DNA of 64,000 nucleotides from Neoconidiobolus thromboides FSU 785 (Eukaryota; Fungi; Entomophthoromycota): NCBI GenBank assembly GCA_025603075.1, contig MU626278.1, positions 114,181 to 178,180 of the forward strand, read 5' to 3'. Shown piece by piece: positions 63,906 to 64,000 of this stretch (position 1 is its first letter; each line of letters starts with the position of its first letter). The notes under the pieces were generated by a model. It saw only the letters and a program-made list of their open reading frames with translations, ran no database searches and was not told where the DNA came from. The position numbers and the translations under genes were made by a program.

Positions 63906-64000
63906 ATATGAGAATGTATTTTTGTATAAGAATTTTACTAGCAATTTTTCCGCTCAAATAGTGCTTAAAAGATGGAAAAAGTGAAGTCAAAAAAACATCC
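63906..64000 (-). mobile_element. MITE family copy 17 (runs off the window end)
   Basis: ATAT-GAGAATGT...CTCAAATAGTGCTTAAAAGATGGAAAAAGTGAAGTCAAAAAAACATCC. Confidence 0.88.

Overview
This is a very AT-rich eukaryotic genomic window with many short (about 45-60 nt) GT-AG introns. The gene set (FLC/TRP-like channel, GH17 glucanase, Lag1 ceramide synthase, Skg3/Caf120-like PH protein, Snt2, Arb1) indicates a fungus. Animal-like retained genes (condensin II CAP-D3, UBE2E-class E2) suggest an early-diverging lineage such as Zoopagomycota/Entomophthoromycotina; this is inference. About 21 protein-coding genes are supported, several assembled by hand across introns that the ORF track splits or misses (riboflavin kinase, I9 inhibitor, ceramide synthase, Tctex-1, BLOC1S2, BUD32, PA2G4, folliculin). 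Highlights: (1) three tandem, intronless, secreted paralogs that share a C-terminal extended glycine-zipper domain and match no family I recognise; (2) a C/D-box snoRNA (snR71/SNORD29-like guide for LSU rRNA) inside the intron of an apparently non-coding host transcript; (3) 17 copies of a ~105-bp hairpin MITE, a longer relative with the same terminus, and a solo-LTR family, nested in three layers with both empty sites visible in the window; (4) a DOPA-dioxygenase-family protein lacking most of its conserved His residues; (5) a PH-domain protein with an unexpected C-terminal winged-helix-like domain. All protein identifications come from motif recognition; no database searches were run.
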